A model generated the notes under the pieces. The model searched no databases. It was not told the origin of the DNA and was given only the letters and a program-made list of their open reading frames with translations. Position numbers and translations under genes: made by a program. A stretch of DNA of 32,000 bases from Methylorubrum extorquens (GTDB lineage: Bacteria > Pseudomonadota > Alphaproteobacteria > Rhizobiales > Beijerinckiaceae): the NCBI GenBank assembly GCA_900234795.1, contig LT962688.1, forward strand, positions 1,680,001 through 1,712,000. Direction: 5' to 3'. This document shows, in pieces, positions 1-9,804 of this stretch (the stretch's first letter is position 1; each line of letters begins with the position of its first letter).

Positions 1-405
1 GTCCTCGATCAGCGCATCCCCGGCATCGTAGGCGCGAAAGCGCATGCCGTTGGTGTGCAGCGGCAGGATGTCCTTGAAGTTGAAGACGAGGTCGCGCTCG
101 GGCTCGAAATGGACGCCCGGAATGCCGAGATCGCCGGTGCGGCGCAGTTCGTCGGCGAGCGGCGCCGTCCGATCCGGGTCGATGGTGGAGGGCGCGTGGC
201 CCATGAGCCCGAGCAGGATCGCCACGTCGGTGCCGTGGCCGCGCCCGGTCCAGGCGAGCGAGCCGTAGATCTCGGCGCTGACGCGGGCGACGCCAGCGCG
301 GGTGAGCACGGTCTCGCGGAACCGGCGCCCGGCGATCATCGGCCCGACGGTGTGGGAGCTCGACGGACCGATCCCGATCTTGAACAGATCGAAGGTGCTG
401 ATCAT
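1..405 (-). CDS. sdaA: L-serine ammonia-lyase (Fe-S L-serine dehydratase), N-terminal 135 codons; the rest lies beyond the left window edge
   Basis: My own translation of the minus strand from ATG (complement of 403-405) gives MISTFDLFKIGIGPSSSHTVGPMIAGRRFRETVLT..., the hallmark N-terminus of single-chain L-serine dehydratases. It is absent from the ORF track because it is open at the window edge. Confidence 0.85.
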   Translation of the reverse strand, partial: MISTFDLFKIGIGPSSSHTVGPMIAGRRFRETVLTRAGVARVSAEIYGSLAWTGRGHGTDVAILLGLMGHAPSTIDPDRTAPLADELRRTGDLGIPGVHFEPERDLVFNFKDILPLHTNGMRFRAYDAGDALIED

Positions 406-547
406 CGGGTCCGTTGCTCTCTCAAAAGGCGGCTCTCCCCGACATGGATGCAAGTTCGGGGGAGATGCGCGTCATGGCAGGGTGCCGGGGCCGCGCGGGA
501 GCCATAGGGACGAGATGGGCTCGCCGCCGGCGTGTATCAATCCTGCA

Positions 548-1138
548 TCAATGCGCGGCGGACCCTTCGACCCCGAAGACGGCCTCATTGAGGAAGCCGT
601 GGACGTAGGTCGAGAACGAGCGCCAGCACTCGACGCGGTAGAGCGGTGCGGCGGTGGCGCGGATCAGCACGATCTCGGCCTTGCCGAGCAGGGTGCGGGT
701 GGCGCTGCCCGGCGGGAAGGCGGCCTCGGACAGGTCGAGCGGGCAGCCGGCATTGAGCACCGCCGCGGCCTGCCGGCCCGACACGTCGATGCCGACATTG
801 CGGTGCGAGACGTCGACCAGCGAGTGGGGCAGCCCGGCGAGCGCCTCGTGGATGCGGCCCTGGAGCAGGTCGGCATCGGCCTCTGGGCCGCCGACGAGCC
901 ACTCGTCGGGCCCGAGGCGGGCGATCCAGACCTCACCGTCGGTGCCGACCGTGTTGATCGGCGCATCGAGCGCGAGCCCGGCGAGTTTCGGCGCGGTGCC
1001 GGCGGCGAGCCGCGCCCGCAGGGAGAAGCGCGCCTCGGCGCCCGCGGGCCGGACCGACACGCCCGAACCGGCGGGGGCCGAGCGGGAGAGAGCGCCGAGC
1101 GGCAGGGCGCGGGCGGCACGGTAGCGGGTCTCAAGCAT
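548..1138 (-). CDS. soxG: sarcosine oxidase gamma subunit
   Basis: 196-aa ORF that is last in the soxB-D-A-G order. Its start overlaps the soxA stop by 8 nt (ATGCTTGA). Size and sequence (..LGPDEWLV.., ..VDVSHRNVGIDVSG..) fit the gamma subunit family. Confidence 0.85.
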   Translation of the reverse strand: MLETRYRAARALPLGALSRSAPAGSGVSVRPAGAEARFSLRARLAAGTAPKLAGLALDAPINTVGTDGEVWIARLGPDEWLVGGPEADADLLQGRIHEALAGLPHSLVDVSHRNVGIDVSGRQAAAVLNAGCPLDLSEAAFPPGSATRTLLGKAEIVLIRATAAPLYRVECWRSFSTYVHGFLNEAVFGVEGSAAH

Positions 1139-4118
1139 TGATGCGCTCCCCCTGGACGTCGAAGAAGACCGGTTCGCAGACGGTGACGCGGGTGAACCCG
1201 TCCGGCGTGGTGACGAAGAGATGGCCGTTCATCCGCTCGCGTCCGCCCTCGACCAGGGCCAGCGCGATGGAGCGGCCGCAATTGGCGCTCCAGTAGCTCG
1301 ACGTGACATGGCCGAGCATGCGCATCGGGATCGGCTGATGGGTATCGGTGACGATCTGCGCGCCCTCGTCGAGGACGAGCTTGGGATCGTCGGTCATGAG
1401 GCCGACGAGCTGCTTGCGGCCGGTGGCGACCACGTCGGGGCGCGCCAGCGAGCGCTTGCCGACGAAGTCTCCCTTGGCCTTCGGGATCATGCCGGCCATG
1501 CCGACATCGCCCGGCGTCACCGTGCCGTCGGTCTCCTGGCCGACGATGATGTAGCCCTTCTCGGCGCGCAGCACGTGCATCGTCTCGGTGCCGTAGGGCG
1601 TGATGCCGTGGGCCCGGCCCGCCTCGAACACCGCCTCCCAGACCGCGCGGGCGTGGTCGGCGGGCACGTTGATCTCGAAGCCGAGTTCACCGGTGAACGA
1701 CACCCGGAACAGCCGGGTCGGCACGCCGCAGATCGTCCCTGAGCGCATCGCCATATGCGGAAAAGCGTCCGGCGACAGATCGATGCCGTCGACCAGCGGC
1801 GCGATCACGGCGCGGGCCTTCGGGCCCTGGAGCGCGATCACCGCCCATTGCTCGGTGGTCGAGGTCAGGAACACTTCAAGCTCCGGCCACTCGGTTTGGA
1901 GGTAGTCCTCCATATGGCCGAGCACCCGCGCCGCGCCGCCGGTCGTGGTGGTGACGTGGAAGCAGGTATCCGAGACGCGGGCGACGACGCCGTCGTCAAG
2001 GATGTAGCCGTCTTCCTTCAGCATTAGCCCGTAGCGGCAGCGGCCCGGCGCGAGCTTGGTCCAGGGGTTGATGTAGAGGCGGTTCATGAACTCGGCCGCA
2101 TCCCGGCCGACGATCTCGATCTTGCCGAGCGTCGAGGCGTCGAAGATGCCCACACCCTCGCGCACCGCCTTGCACTCGCGGGCGACCGCGGCGTGCAGGT
2201 CCTCGCCGGCCTTCGGGAAGTACCAGGCGCGCCGCCACAGGGCGACGTTCTCGAACAGGGCGCCGTGAGCCTCGGCCCATTCATGGATCGGCGTGGTGCG
2301 GATCGGATCGAACAGGGCGTGGCGGGCGGGGCCCACCAGCGCGCCGAAGGTCACCGGGGTATAGGGCGGCCGGAAGGTCGTGGTGCCGACGGCGGGCAGC
2401 GCCTTGTCGAGCTGCCCGGCGACGATGCCGAGCGCGTTCATGTTCGAGGTCTTGCCCTGATCGGTCGCCATGCCGGTCGTGGTGTAGCGCTTGACGTGCT
2501 CGATCGACTGGAAGCCCTCGCGCACCGCGAGCTTGATGTCCTTGGCGGTGACGTCGTTCTGGTAATCGACGAAGGCGCGGACCTTGGTCGGGTTCGCGTC
2601 GGTGGGCATGATCCGCACCGGCTGGAAACCGGTCAGCGTCTCCGTCGCCCTGAAGTCCTGCCGTGCGTCGGAACCCGCCGCGGCGGCGCCGGCGGCGAAG
2701 CCCTCCGCGAGGCAGGCGGCGAGGTCGTAGGTGCCGCGGGCCGCGCCCGCCGAGCGCTCGTCTTGCGCCGAGCGGCTCGGCACGAAGGCATCGATGCCCT
2801 CATCGTAGGCGAGCTTGCCGCGGGACTGCGAGAACAGGTGGACGGCGGGCGTCCAGCCGCCGGACATGCCGACGCAGTCGCAAGCGAGAATGCGACGGCC
2901 GCCGCACCGGCCGTCGCTCCCGACAGGCGCCACGATGAGACCCGTGACGCGCTTCCGGCCCTTCGATCCGACCACGGTGTGGCCGGTCAACACTTCGACT
3001 CCGGCGCTGCGCAGGCGCGCCAGCTCCGGTCCGCAATCCGCCTCCAGGCGCAGATCGACGAGGGTGACGTCGAGGCCCGCCGCACGCGCATCGAGCGCGG
3101 CTTGGTAGGCGGAGGCGCCGCTCGTGGCGAAGACGAGCTTGCGGCCCGGCGCCACGCCGTAACGGTTGAGGAAGACCCGCACGCTCTCGGCGAGCAGGAT
3201 GCCCGGCCGGTCGTTGTCGGCGAAGACGAGGGGGCGCTCATGGGAGCCGCCGGCGAGCACGACCTGCTCCGCCCGCACCTGCCATAGGCGCTCGCGGGGC
3301 GCTTGGCCCGCGGCGGAGGACAGGTGGTCGGTGACACGCTCGGTCATCGCCACGTGGTTGTGGTTGTAATAGCCGAAGGCGGTGGTGCGGGGCAGCAGGA
3401 TGACGTTCTCACGAGCGTCGAGCTCGGCCAGCGTTTCGGCGAGCCAGTCCGCCGCCGGGCGTCCGTCGATCTGCGAGGTCGTGTCGTGCAGGAGCGTGCC
3501 GCCGGGCTCCGCGCCCTCGTCGGCGAGGATCACCCGCTTGCCGGTGCGCGCCGCGGCGAGCGCCGCAGCAAGCCCCGCCGGGCCGGCGCCGACGATCAGC
3601 ACATCGCAATGGGCGTGGCGGTTGGCGTAGCGGTCGGGATCGGCCACCGTCGGCGCCTTGCCGAGTCCGGCGGCGGCGCGGATGAACGGCTCATAGACCC
3701 GGTCCCAGAACTTCCGGGGCCACATGAAGGTCTTGTAGTAGAAGCCCGCCACGAAGACCGGCGAGAGGAGGTCGTTGACCGCGCCGACATCGAATTCGAG
3801 CGAGGGCCAGTGGTTCTGCGAGGTCGTGCGCAGGCCCGAGCGCGCCTCGACCACGGAAGCGCGGTTGTTCGGGTCGATCCGGCCGGGCCCGCGATCGACC
3901 GAGAGCAGCGCGCTCGGCTCGTCGGGGCCATGGCTCAGGATGCCGCGGGGGCGGTGATACTTGAACGAGCGTCCGACGAGGTGGATGCCGTTGGCGAGCA
4001 GCGCCGAGGCGACGGTGTCGCCGGCGAATCCGTGGACCGGCTTGCCGTTGAACTCGAAGACGATGGGGCGGGTGCGGTCGATGCGTCCGCCGCGGGACAA
4101 TCTGAACGGCTGTGCCAT
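1131..4118 (-). CDS. soxA: sarcosine oxidase alpha subunit
   Basis: Track ORF 1131..4313 trimmed to MAQPFRLSRGGRIDRTRPIVFEFNGK (ATG = complement 4116-4118), giving 995 aa. It has a Rossmann motif (CDVLIVGAGPAGLAAALAAA) and a C-terminal GcvT-like folate-binding region. The soxD stop is 1 nt upstream. Confidence 0.93.
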   Translation of the reverse strand: MAQPFRLSRGGRIDRTRPIVFEFNGKPVHGFAGDTVASALLANGIHLVGRSFKYHRPRGILSHGPDEPSALLSVDRGPGRIDPNNRASVVEARSGLRTTSQNHWPSLEFDVGAVNDLLSPVFVAGFYYKTFMWPRKFWDRVYEPFIRAAAGLGKAPTVADPDRYANRHAHCDVLIVGAGPAGLAAALAAARTGKRVILADEGAEPGGTLLHDTTSQIDGRPAADWLAETLAELDARENVILLPRTTAFGYYNHNHVAMTERVTDHLSSAAGQAPRERLWQVRAEQVVLAGGSHERPLVFADNDRPGILLAESVRVFLNRYGVAPGRKLVFATSGASAYQAALDARAAGLDVTLVDLRLEADCGPELARLRSAGVEVLTGHTVVGSKGRKRVTGLIVAPVGSDGRCGGRRILACDCVGMSGGWTPAVHLFSQSRGKLAYDEGIDAFVPSRSAQDERSAGAARGTYDLAACLAEGFAAGAAAAGSDARQDFRATETLTGFQPVRIMPTDANPTKVRAFVDYQNDVTAKDIKLAVREGFQSIEHVKRYTTTGMATDQGKTSNMNALGIVAGQLDKALPAVGTTTFRPPYTPVTFGALVGPARHALFDPIRTTPIHEWAEAHGALFENVALWRRAWYFPKAGEDLHAAVARECKAVREGVGIFDASTLGKIEIVGRDAAEFMNRLYINPWTKLAPGRCRYGLMLKEDGYILDDGVVARVSDTCFHVTTTTGGAARVLGHMEDYLQTEWPELEVFLTSTTEQWAVIALQGPKARAVIAPLVDGIDLSPDAFPHMAMRSGTICGVPTRLFRVSFTGELGFEINVPADHARAVWEAVFEAGRAHGITPYGTETMHVLRAEKGYIIVGQETDGTVTPGDVGMAGMIPKAKGDFVGKRSLARPDVVATGRKQLVGLMTDDPKLVLDEGAQIVTDTHQPIPMRMLGHVTSSYWSANCGRSIALALVEGGRERMNGHLFVTTPDGFTRVTVCEPVFFDVQGERINA

Positions 4119-4119
4119 C

Positions 4120-4416
4120 TCACGCCCTCGTCTCGCTCTGGGTGGATTGGGTGGGCTTCGCCCCCATCGGATAAGTCTCGACGAAGCGGTCGCTGATCGT
4201 GTCGCGCAGGGCGTTGAACCAGCGCCCGCAGCCGTGGACGTGGCACCAGCGCTCGGCATGCACGCCCTTGGGGTTGGCGCGCACGAACAGGTGCTCGCTC
4301 CAGGCGCCGTCATCGACGGTCATCGGGTCGGTGGGCCGCGCGATATGGGCTTGGCCGCCGCACCGGAACTCGGTCTCGGGGCGTTTGCCGCAATGGGGGC
4401 AGGCGATCAGCAGCAT
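4120..4416 (-). CDS. soxD: sarcosine oxidase delta subunit
   Basis: 98 aa, MLLIACPHCGKRPETEF...WCHVHGCGRWF (Cys/His zinc motif). It sits between soxB and soxA, as in soxBDAG operons. Confidence 0.9.
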   Translation of the reverse strand: MLLIACPHCGKRPETEFRCGGQAHIARPTDPMTVDDGAWSEHLFVRANPKGVHAERWCHVHGCGRWFNALRDTISDRFVETYPMGAKPTQSTQSETRA

Positions 4417-4435
4417 GGGTCTGGCTCCCGACGGA

Positions 4436-5689
4436 TCAGTGCGCGACGGCCGCGGCGGCGGCCTCGTCGATGAGGCGCCCGGTGCGGAACCGGTCGAGGG
4501 TGAAGGGCGCGTTGATCGCGTGCGGCTCAGCCGTCGCGAGCGTGTGCGCGAAGACGTGGCCCGAGCCCGGCGTCGCCTTGAAGCCGCCGGTGCCCCAGCC
4601 GCAATTGACGAACAGGTTCGGCACCGGTGTCTTGCCGATGATCGGCGAACGGTCCGGTGTCACGTCGACGATGCCGCCCCAGGAGCGCAGCATCCGCATC
4701 CGGGTGAATTGCGGGAACAGCTCGCAGATCGCGTCGAGCGTGTGGGTGGTGATGTGGAGACCGCCCTGCTGGCTGTAGGAGGTGTACTGGTCGGTGCCCG
4801 CACCGATCACCAGTTCGCCCTTGTCGGATTGCGACAGGTAGGCGTGGACCGCGTTCGACATCACCACGCAGGGGAAGCACGGCTTGACCGGCTCGGAGAC
4901 CAAAGCCTGGAGCGGGTAGCTCTCCAGCGGCATCGATACGCCGGCCATCGACATCAGGGTCGAGGTGTGGCCGGCGGCGACCACGCCGATCCGGCCGGCG
5001 CCGATGAAGCCGCGGCTCGTCTCGACGCCCACCGCCGCGCCGGAGGCATCGCGGCGGATGCCGGTGACCTCACAATTCTGGATGATATCGACGCCGCGGT
5101 TGTCGGCGCCGCGGGCATAGCCCCAGGCCACCGCGTCGTGGCGGGCGGTGCCGGCCCGGCGCTGGAGCGCGCCGCCGAGGACGGGGTAGCGAAGGCTTCC
5201 GGAGATATCGAGCGGCGGGCAGAATTCCTTGCACTCTTCCTTCGAGAGCCACTCGTTGTCGATGCCATTGAGGCGGTTGGCGTAGACGTGGCGCTTGAAG
5301 CTCTGAACGTCGTGGATGTTGTGCGCGAGCATCAACACGCCGCGCTGGGAGAACATGATGTTGTAGTTCAGCTCCTGGCTGAGCCCCTCCCAGAGCTTGA
5401 GCGCGTGCTCGTACATCGCCGCGCTCTCGTCGTAGAGGTAGTTGGAGCGGATGATCGTGGTGTTGCGACCGGTATTGCCGCCGCCGATCCATCCCTTCTC
5501 CAGCACCGCCACGTTGGTGATGCCGTGCACGGTGGCAAGATAATAGGCGGTCGCGAGGCCATGGCCGCCGCCGCCGACGATGACGACGTCGTAGCGGGGC
5601 TTGGGCTCGGGGGCACGCCACTGGCGGCCCCAGCCGGTATGGCCCCGCAGGGATTCGGAGAGCAGCGACGTGAGGGAGAAGCGGCGCAT
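4436..5689 (-). CDS. soxB: sarcosine oxidase beta subunit
   Basis: Track ORF 4436..5872 trimmed to [16 protein letters not shown] (ATG = complement 5687-5689), giving 417 aa. It has an FAD dinucleotide fold ([19 protein letters not shown]). Confidence 0.93.
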   Translation of the reverse strand: MRRFSLTSLLSESLRGHTGWGRQWRAPEPKPRYDVVIVGGGGHGLATAYYLATVHGITNVAVLEKGWIGGGNTGRNTTIIRSNYLYDESAAMYEHALKLWEGLSQELNYNIMFSQRGVLMLAHNIHDVQSFKRHVYANRLNGIDNEWLSKEECKEFCPPLDISGSLRYPVLGGALQRRAGTARHDAVAWGYARGADNRGVDIIQNCEVTGIRRDASGAAVGVETSRGFIGAGRIGVVAAGHTSTLMSMAGVSMPLESYPLQALVSEPVKPCFPCVVMSNAVHAYLSQSDKGELVIGAGTDQYTSYSQQGGLHITTHTLDAICELFPQFTRMRMLRSWGGIVDVTPDRSPIIGKTPVPNLFVNCGWGTGGFKATPGSGHVFAHTLATAEPHAINAPFTLDRFRTGRLIDEAAAAAVAH

Positions 5690-6119
5690 CGGTCGACCTC
5701 GCGGTGTTGAGCGATCATGGTCCGCGCCCCGCGGCGGGGCTTGATCGACGGCGACCGCGAGTTTGGGATTCCCGACCTCGGTCGATTTCCCGGCCAGTCC
5801 CGCCGAAACGCCGCCGCGCGGCTTCGATCTGGTTGTTCGGCGGTCTGTTTCGCGCGGCCGTTCGACCGACAAACCGGATGGCCTGCCCGATCACGCGGCG
5901 GTGATCCGAGGGGCAAACAAGAATTATTCTGTTGCCTTCGCCGGCCGATCGGAGATTAAGTTCCGGTGTGGGCGTCGTCTCTGCGGAGGTGCTGCGTTCG
6001 ATCGACCGTGCCGGGTACAGCCGGAGCGACCCCGAATCGCTCCTCCGCCGGCGCAAGGATCGCCGCGGCACGCGATTTGCCCACCAAGCCGCGGCACAGG
6101 CCGACAAACGGTGGTCGGG

Positions 6120-7157
6120 ATGGAAATGACGATCGCGGCCGGGGCCACATGCCCGGCAGGTGTTACTGCGGCGAGCGAGGCCGTGACCGGGAGAGCCATC
6201 TCCGTCGGTTTCATGCTGGTCGATCGCTTCTCGATGATCGCCTTCTCCTCGGCGATCGAGCCCCTGCGGCTCGCCAACCGCGCGGTCGGCCGCGATCTCT
6301 ACCGCTTCTCGCTGTGGTCGGAGGACGGCACCAAGTGCACTGCCTCGAACGGGATCGAGGTCAAGGTCGCGGGCCGCTTCTGCGATGCGCAGGATTTCGA
6401 CATGCTGGTCGTGTGCGGCGGCATCGACATCCAGCATCCGGATCACCGCGCCCTCCATTCGGCCCTACGCCGATGCAGCGCCCGCGGGGCGGCGATCGGC
6501 GCGGTCTGCACGGGCACCTACGTGTTGGCCAAAGCCGGCCTCCTCGACGGCTACCGGGCGACGATCCACTGGGAGAACCTGCCGGGCCTCGTCTCGGAGC
6601 ATGACGGGCTGGAGATCGGCTCGGACCTGTTCGAGATCGACCGCAACCGCTTTACCTGCGCCGGCGGCACCGCGGCGGCCGACATGATGCTGTCGCTGAT
6701 CGTGCGCGACCACGGGCCGAGCGTGGCCTCGGAGGTCGCCGACCAGCTCATCCATCATCGCATCCGCGAATCCGGCGAACGCCAGCGGATGGACCTGCGC
6801 ATGCGCCTCGGGGTCTCGCACCCGAAACTGCTGCGGGTGGTGGGACTGATGGAAACCTCCCTCGCCGAGCCGCTCGGCAGTCAGGAACTCGCCGACGCGG
6901 TGCAGCTCTCGACCCGCCAACTCGAACGGCTGTTCCTGAAATATCTCGGCCGCTCACCGGCCAAGCACTATCTGCGCATCCGCCTGGAACACGCCCGCAA
7001 CCTGATCCGGCAGACGGCGATGCCGCTGCTCTCGGTGGCGTTCGAGTGTGGCTTCACCTCGGCCTCGCACTTCTCGAAGGCCTATCTCGACTGCTTCGGC
7101 CAGCCGCCGAGCGCCGAGCGGAAGCTGGTGCAGACGCAAGGCGGCGTGCGCGCCTGA
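6120..7157 (+). CDS. GATase1(DJ-1/PfpI-like)-AraC family transcriptional regulator (GlxA/GbdR/SouR-like), divergent from soxB
   Basis: The C-terminal AraC HTH (..LSTRQLERLFLKYLGRSPAKHYLRIRLEHARNLI..GFTSASHFSKAY..) is preceded by a DJ-1-like domain (..MLVVCGG..AIGAVCTGTYVLAKAGLLDGYRATIHW..). The start is taken at MEMTIAAG (6120). The upstream part of track ORF 5763.. is Arg/Pro-rich and looks non-coding. The exact start is uncertain. Confidence 0.8.
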   Translation: MEMTIAAGATCPAGVTAASEAVTGRAISVGFMLVDRFSMIAFSSAIEPLRLANRAVGRDLYRFSLWSEDGTKCTASNGIEVKVAGRFCDAQDFDMLVVCGGIDIQHPDHRALHSALRRCSARGAAIGAVCTGTYVLAKAGLLDGYRATIHWENLPGLVSEHDGLEIGSDLFEIDRNRFTCAGGTAAADMMLSLIVRDHGPSVASEVADQLIHHRIRESGERQRMDLRMRLGVSHPKLLRVVGLMETSLAEPLGSQELADAVQLSTRQLERLFLKYLGRSPAKHYLRIRLEHARNLIRQTAMPLLSVAFECGFTSASHFSKAYLDCFGQPPSAERKLVQTQGGVRA

Positions 7158-7190
7158 GCCGTCGCGGCCAATCCACCTCACCTGATCAAA

Positions 7191-7229
7191 GCACAGTGGG
7201 GCGCCGGGTCATCCGGCGCCCCACTGTGC
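7191..7229. terminator. perfect 17-bp stem / 5-nt loop hairpin between convergent genes (bidirectional terminator candidate)
   Basis: GCACAGTGGGGCGCCGG-gtcat-CCGGCGCCCCACTGTGC, read directly from the sequence. It is flanked by TCAAA on one side and CTTCATT on the other, which gives a TTT(G) tail on the minus strand. Confidence 0.6.
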
Positions 7230-7292
7230 CTTCATTGCTGCGTGCCAATGCAGATTTCGGCGGGACCGGATTGTGGTAGGGCCGGCGGGGCT

Positions 7293-7327
7293 GAAAACGA
7301 AAACGCCGGCTCCCAGGGAAGCCGGCG
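7293..7327 (-). terminator. rho-independent terminator of the porin gene
   Basis: Just after the porin stop the minus strand reads CGCCGGCT-tccctggg-AGCCGGCG followed by TTTTCGTTTTC. Confidence 0.65.
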
Positions 7328-7350
7328 CGCCGCTCGCGAAACCGCCAATT

Positions 7351-8700
7351 CTAAAAATAATAGCCGATGTTCATGATGAATCGCGACTTGAAGCGGTTCT
7401 CTCCGCCCTGGGCGAGGCCGTTGTTGAACTCTCCGACGCCGACATAGGGGTCGTTCCGGCCGATGGCGGCCTCGGTGTAGATGATCAGGTTCGGATCGGC
7501 GGTCAGGGTCCAGGCGCCGCCCAGCGTGAAGCGCTCGCTGGCCCGGAAGTTTGCCTTGTCCTTGTAGAAGGCACTGAAGCCGGCGAAGGGCACCACGGTG
7601 AACGGGCCGATCGGATCGGGCACCTTGTAGGTCACTTCCGCCGAGACGAAATTGCCGCGCGCCGCGAGGTTGTACGAGAAGTCGAAGCCGCCGACCGTGA
7701 CGAGATCGTTGCGGAAGGGGTTTCGCGGGTCGATGTCCTGGCGGACATAGATCGCCTTGAAGCCCCAGGGACCGTAGGTGCCGAGTGCGTGCAGACCTTC
7801 GAGCTGCTTGGTGCCGATCTGGCGCGTGTCGAAATTGTAGATGTCCGAGTGCCAGATCGAGGCGCCGAAGGCGAGCGAGACGTCATCGTTCTTGAGAACG
7901 AAGTACTCCGCCCGGCCGATGAACATGTTTTGTTCGGCGTTGTTGGTTCCGAACGTGACGTAGGGGTCGGCCCGGACGATCGCGGTGGAGTAGCGCGCGC
8001 TGTCCGGGCTCAGGCCGAAGGCGTTAGGGGCGGAGCCCGGATAGAACCCGACCTGATAGTTGAAGTCCGGCTCGACATGCGAGAACTTGACGCCGAGATT
8101 GTACACTTCCTCCAGGCCCATGGTGAAGCCGAGGGTTTCAAGGAAGCTCGTCCCGAAATACGGGGTCAGGCCGAAGGGGGCCTGGTTGATGCCGGCGGTG
8201 ATGCTGTCTTCCGGCGTGAACTTGTAGCCGACATAGGCCCACATCGGGTAGCTCACCTCGCCCGGATTGCCGCGATAGCCGCTGCGCGGGCCGTAGATCG
8301 AGCTGCCGCCGTAGAACCGGTACTGCGCCGAGCCGAAGATCGTATCGGAATCGTAGGTGGCCTTGAACGCGAGGGTATCGAAGTCGAAATTTTCCCGCGC
8401 CTTGCGCACGCCGCCGCGGCTGGCATCGTCGAAACGCCAATCGTAGCGGGCGCGGATGGCGCCGCCGAAGGTGAAGGTGCCCGAGTCGGTCTTGCCCTTC
8501 GGCGGCCCCAGATCGAAATTGCTGCGGGATTCGGGTGCATAGCGCGGATCGGGGACGGCAATCGGCTGCTCGCTGTTGGCTTGACTGGGCTCGGCATTGA
8601 CCTCGACCGGGCCCTGCGTCTGCGCAGCGGCTGTCGATGGGCACAGCATGACCCCCGCGGCACATGCCACAAGGGCAGCCGCCAAACCGTTCGCCGTCAT
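7351..8700 (-). CDS. outer-membrane beta-barrel porin, substrate unknown
   Basis: 449 aa with a signal peptide (MTANGLAAALVACAAGVMLCPSTAAAQ). It is aromatic- and Gly-rich with an alternating pattern, and the C-terminus ..NIGYYF ends in the terminal Phe typical of OM barrels. Confidence 0.7.
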   Translation of the reverse strand: MTANGLAAALVACAAGVMLCPSTAAAQTQGPVEVNAEPSQANSEQPIAVPDPRYAPESRSNFDLGPPKGKTDSGTFTFGGAIRARYDWRFDDASRGGVRKARENFDFDTLAFKATYDSDTIFGSAQYRFYGGSSIYGPRSGYRGNPGEVSYPMWAYVGYKFTPEDSITAGINQAPFGLTPYFGTSFLETLGFTMGLEEVYNLGVKFSHVEPDFNYQVGFYPGSAPNAFGLSPDSARYSTAIVRADPYVTFGTNNAEQNMFIGRAEYFVLKNDDVSLAFGASIWHSDIYNFDTRQIGTKQLEGLHALGTYGPWGFKAIYVRQDIDPRNPFRNDLVTVGGFDFSYNLAARGNFVSAEVTYKVPDPIGPFTVVPFAGFSAFYKDKANFRASERFTLGGAWTLTADPNLIIYTEAAIGRNDPYVGVGEFNNGLAQGGENRFKSRFIMNIGYYF

Positions 8701-8780
8701 TTGCCTTAACCCCTTGAATGAAGACCCAGGTCGCCTTCCGAGCTGTTTCCCGTCGTTTTCTTATGTCTCGGACCGGGCCG

Positions 8781-9617
8781 TCACTTCAGCCAGCCATCGA
8801 CCGTCGCGCGATTCTGCGCGATCCACTTCGCGGCGGTCGCCTCGGGCTTGGCGCCCTTTTCCTCGTTCTCCGCCATCACGGCTTCTTCGTCCTTGATGGT
8901 GAGCTTGAACTTCTGGAGGATCGCGTAGACCTCGGGCAGGTCGTCCTTGAGCCCCTTGCGGGCCAGCGTATTCACGCTCTCGGCCTCACCGAAGCTCTTC
9001 TTGGGGTCGGCCAAGTATTTCAGGTCGTAGCGCGCGAACATCCAGTGCGGCGTCCAGGCCGTGACGACCACGTCCTTCTTCTGCCGTACCGCATCCTTCA
9101 GCGCGCTGGTCATCGTGGCGTCGCTGCCGTCGAGCAGCTTGACCTTGAGGCCGTAGGCCTTGATGGCCGCCTCGGAACTCTTCATCACGCCGGCACCGGG
9201 ATCGATGCCGATCACCTTGCCGTCGACCTCGGAGGCCTTGGTCGCCAGATCCTCGATTGAGTTGAGGGACGACGTGGCGGGCACGGCCCAGCCGATCCGC
9301 GCCCCCGTGACGTTCGGGCCGATCAGGTCGATGCGGTTCTTTAGTTTTTCGTAATAGGCGCCCTGCGTGACGGGGAGCCAGGCCGCGACGCTCGCATCCG
9401 CGTCGCCGGTCGCCACCGACTGCCACATGGCCGCCGCCGCGAGCGGAATCGTCTTCACTTGGTAGCCTTTTTCCTCAAGGACGAGCTTGAGGATGTTGGT
9501 GGCGACCACGGCGTCGGCCCATTCCACATAGGCGAGCCGAACCTGCTTGCCGGCTGCCTCGGCCGGCGTCTGGGCCAGCGCGAGGCAGGCGATCACCCCA
9601 AGTATCGGTACACGCAT
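8781..9617 (-). CDS. proX: glycine betaine/proline-betaine ABC transporter substrate-binding protein (OpuAC-type)
   Basis: 278 aa with a signal peptide (MRVPILGVIACLALAQTPAEA). The mature part (..VRLAYVEWADAVVATNILK..MWQSVATGDADASVAAWLP..) is typical of the OpuAC family. It lies in an operon with the proV/proW homologues. Confidence 0.85.
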   Translation of the reverse strand: MRVPILGVIACLALAQTPAEAAGKQVRLAYVEWADAVVATNILKLVLEEKGYQVKTIPLAAAAMWQSVATGDADASVAAWLPVTQGAYYEKLKNRIDLIGPNVTGARIGWAVPATSSLNSIEDLATKASEVDGKVIGIDPGAGVMKSSEAAIKAYGLKVKLLDGSDATMTSALKDAVRQKKDVVVTAWTPHWMFARYDLKYLADPKKSFGEAESVNTLARKGLKDDLPEVYAILQKFKLTIKDEEAVMAENEEKGAKPEATAAKWIAQNRATVDGWLK

Positions 9618-9804
9618 GGATTGAGCCTTTCAGGATGGCTTGAGGAAGGTGCCGATTTTGATCTGAGAGCTGACTTCGCCTGAAGCCTCTCTCTCGCTCG
9701 GGGAGAACGAGGCTGATCAGAGAAGATCATGGTGTATGACTTATGTTATTCGAACGGCTAGGGAACGCAAGCAGAAGTTGTTTTTCCGGCCGAACATATA
9801 GCCC

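Noticed and set aside
4119-4313. 5' extensions of track ORFs: soxA 4119-4313, soxB 5690-5872, regulator 5763-6119, atzF 23884-24012, ATPase 14129-14989 and creatininase 15058-15936.
   Set aside because: The extensions are Arg/Pro/Ser-rich, overlap upstream genes in other frames, and the conserved N-termini begin at internal Met codons with an SD or ATGA coupling.
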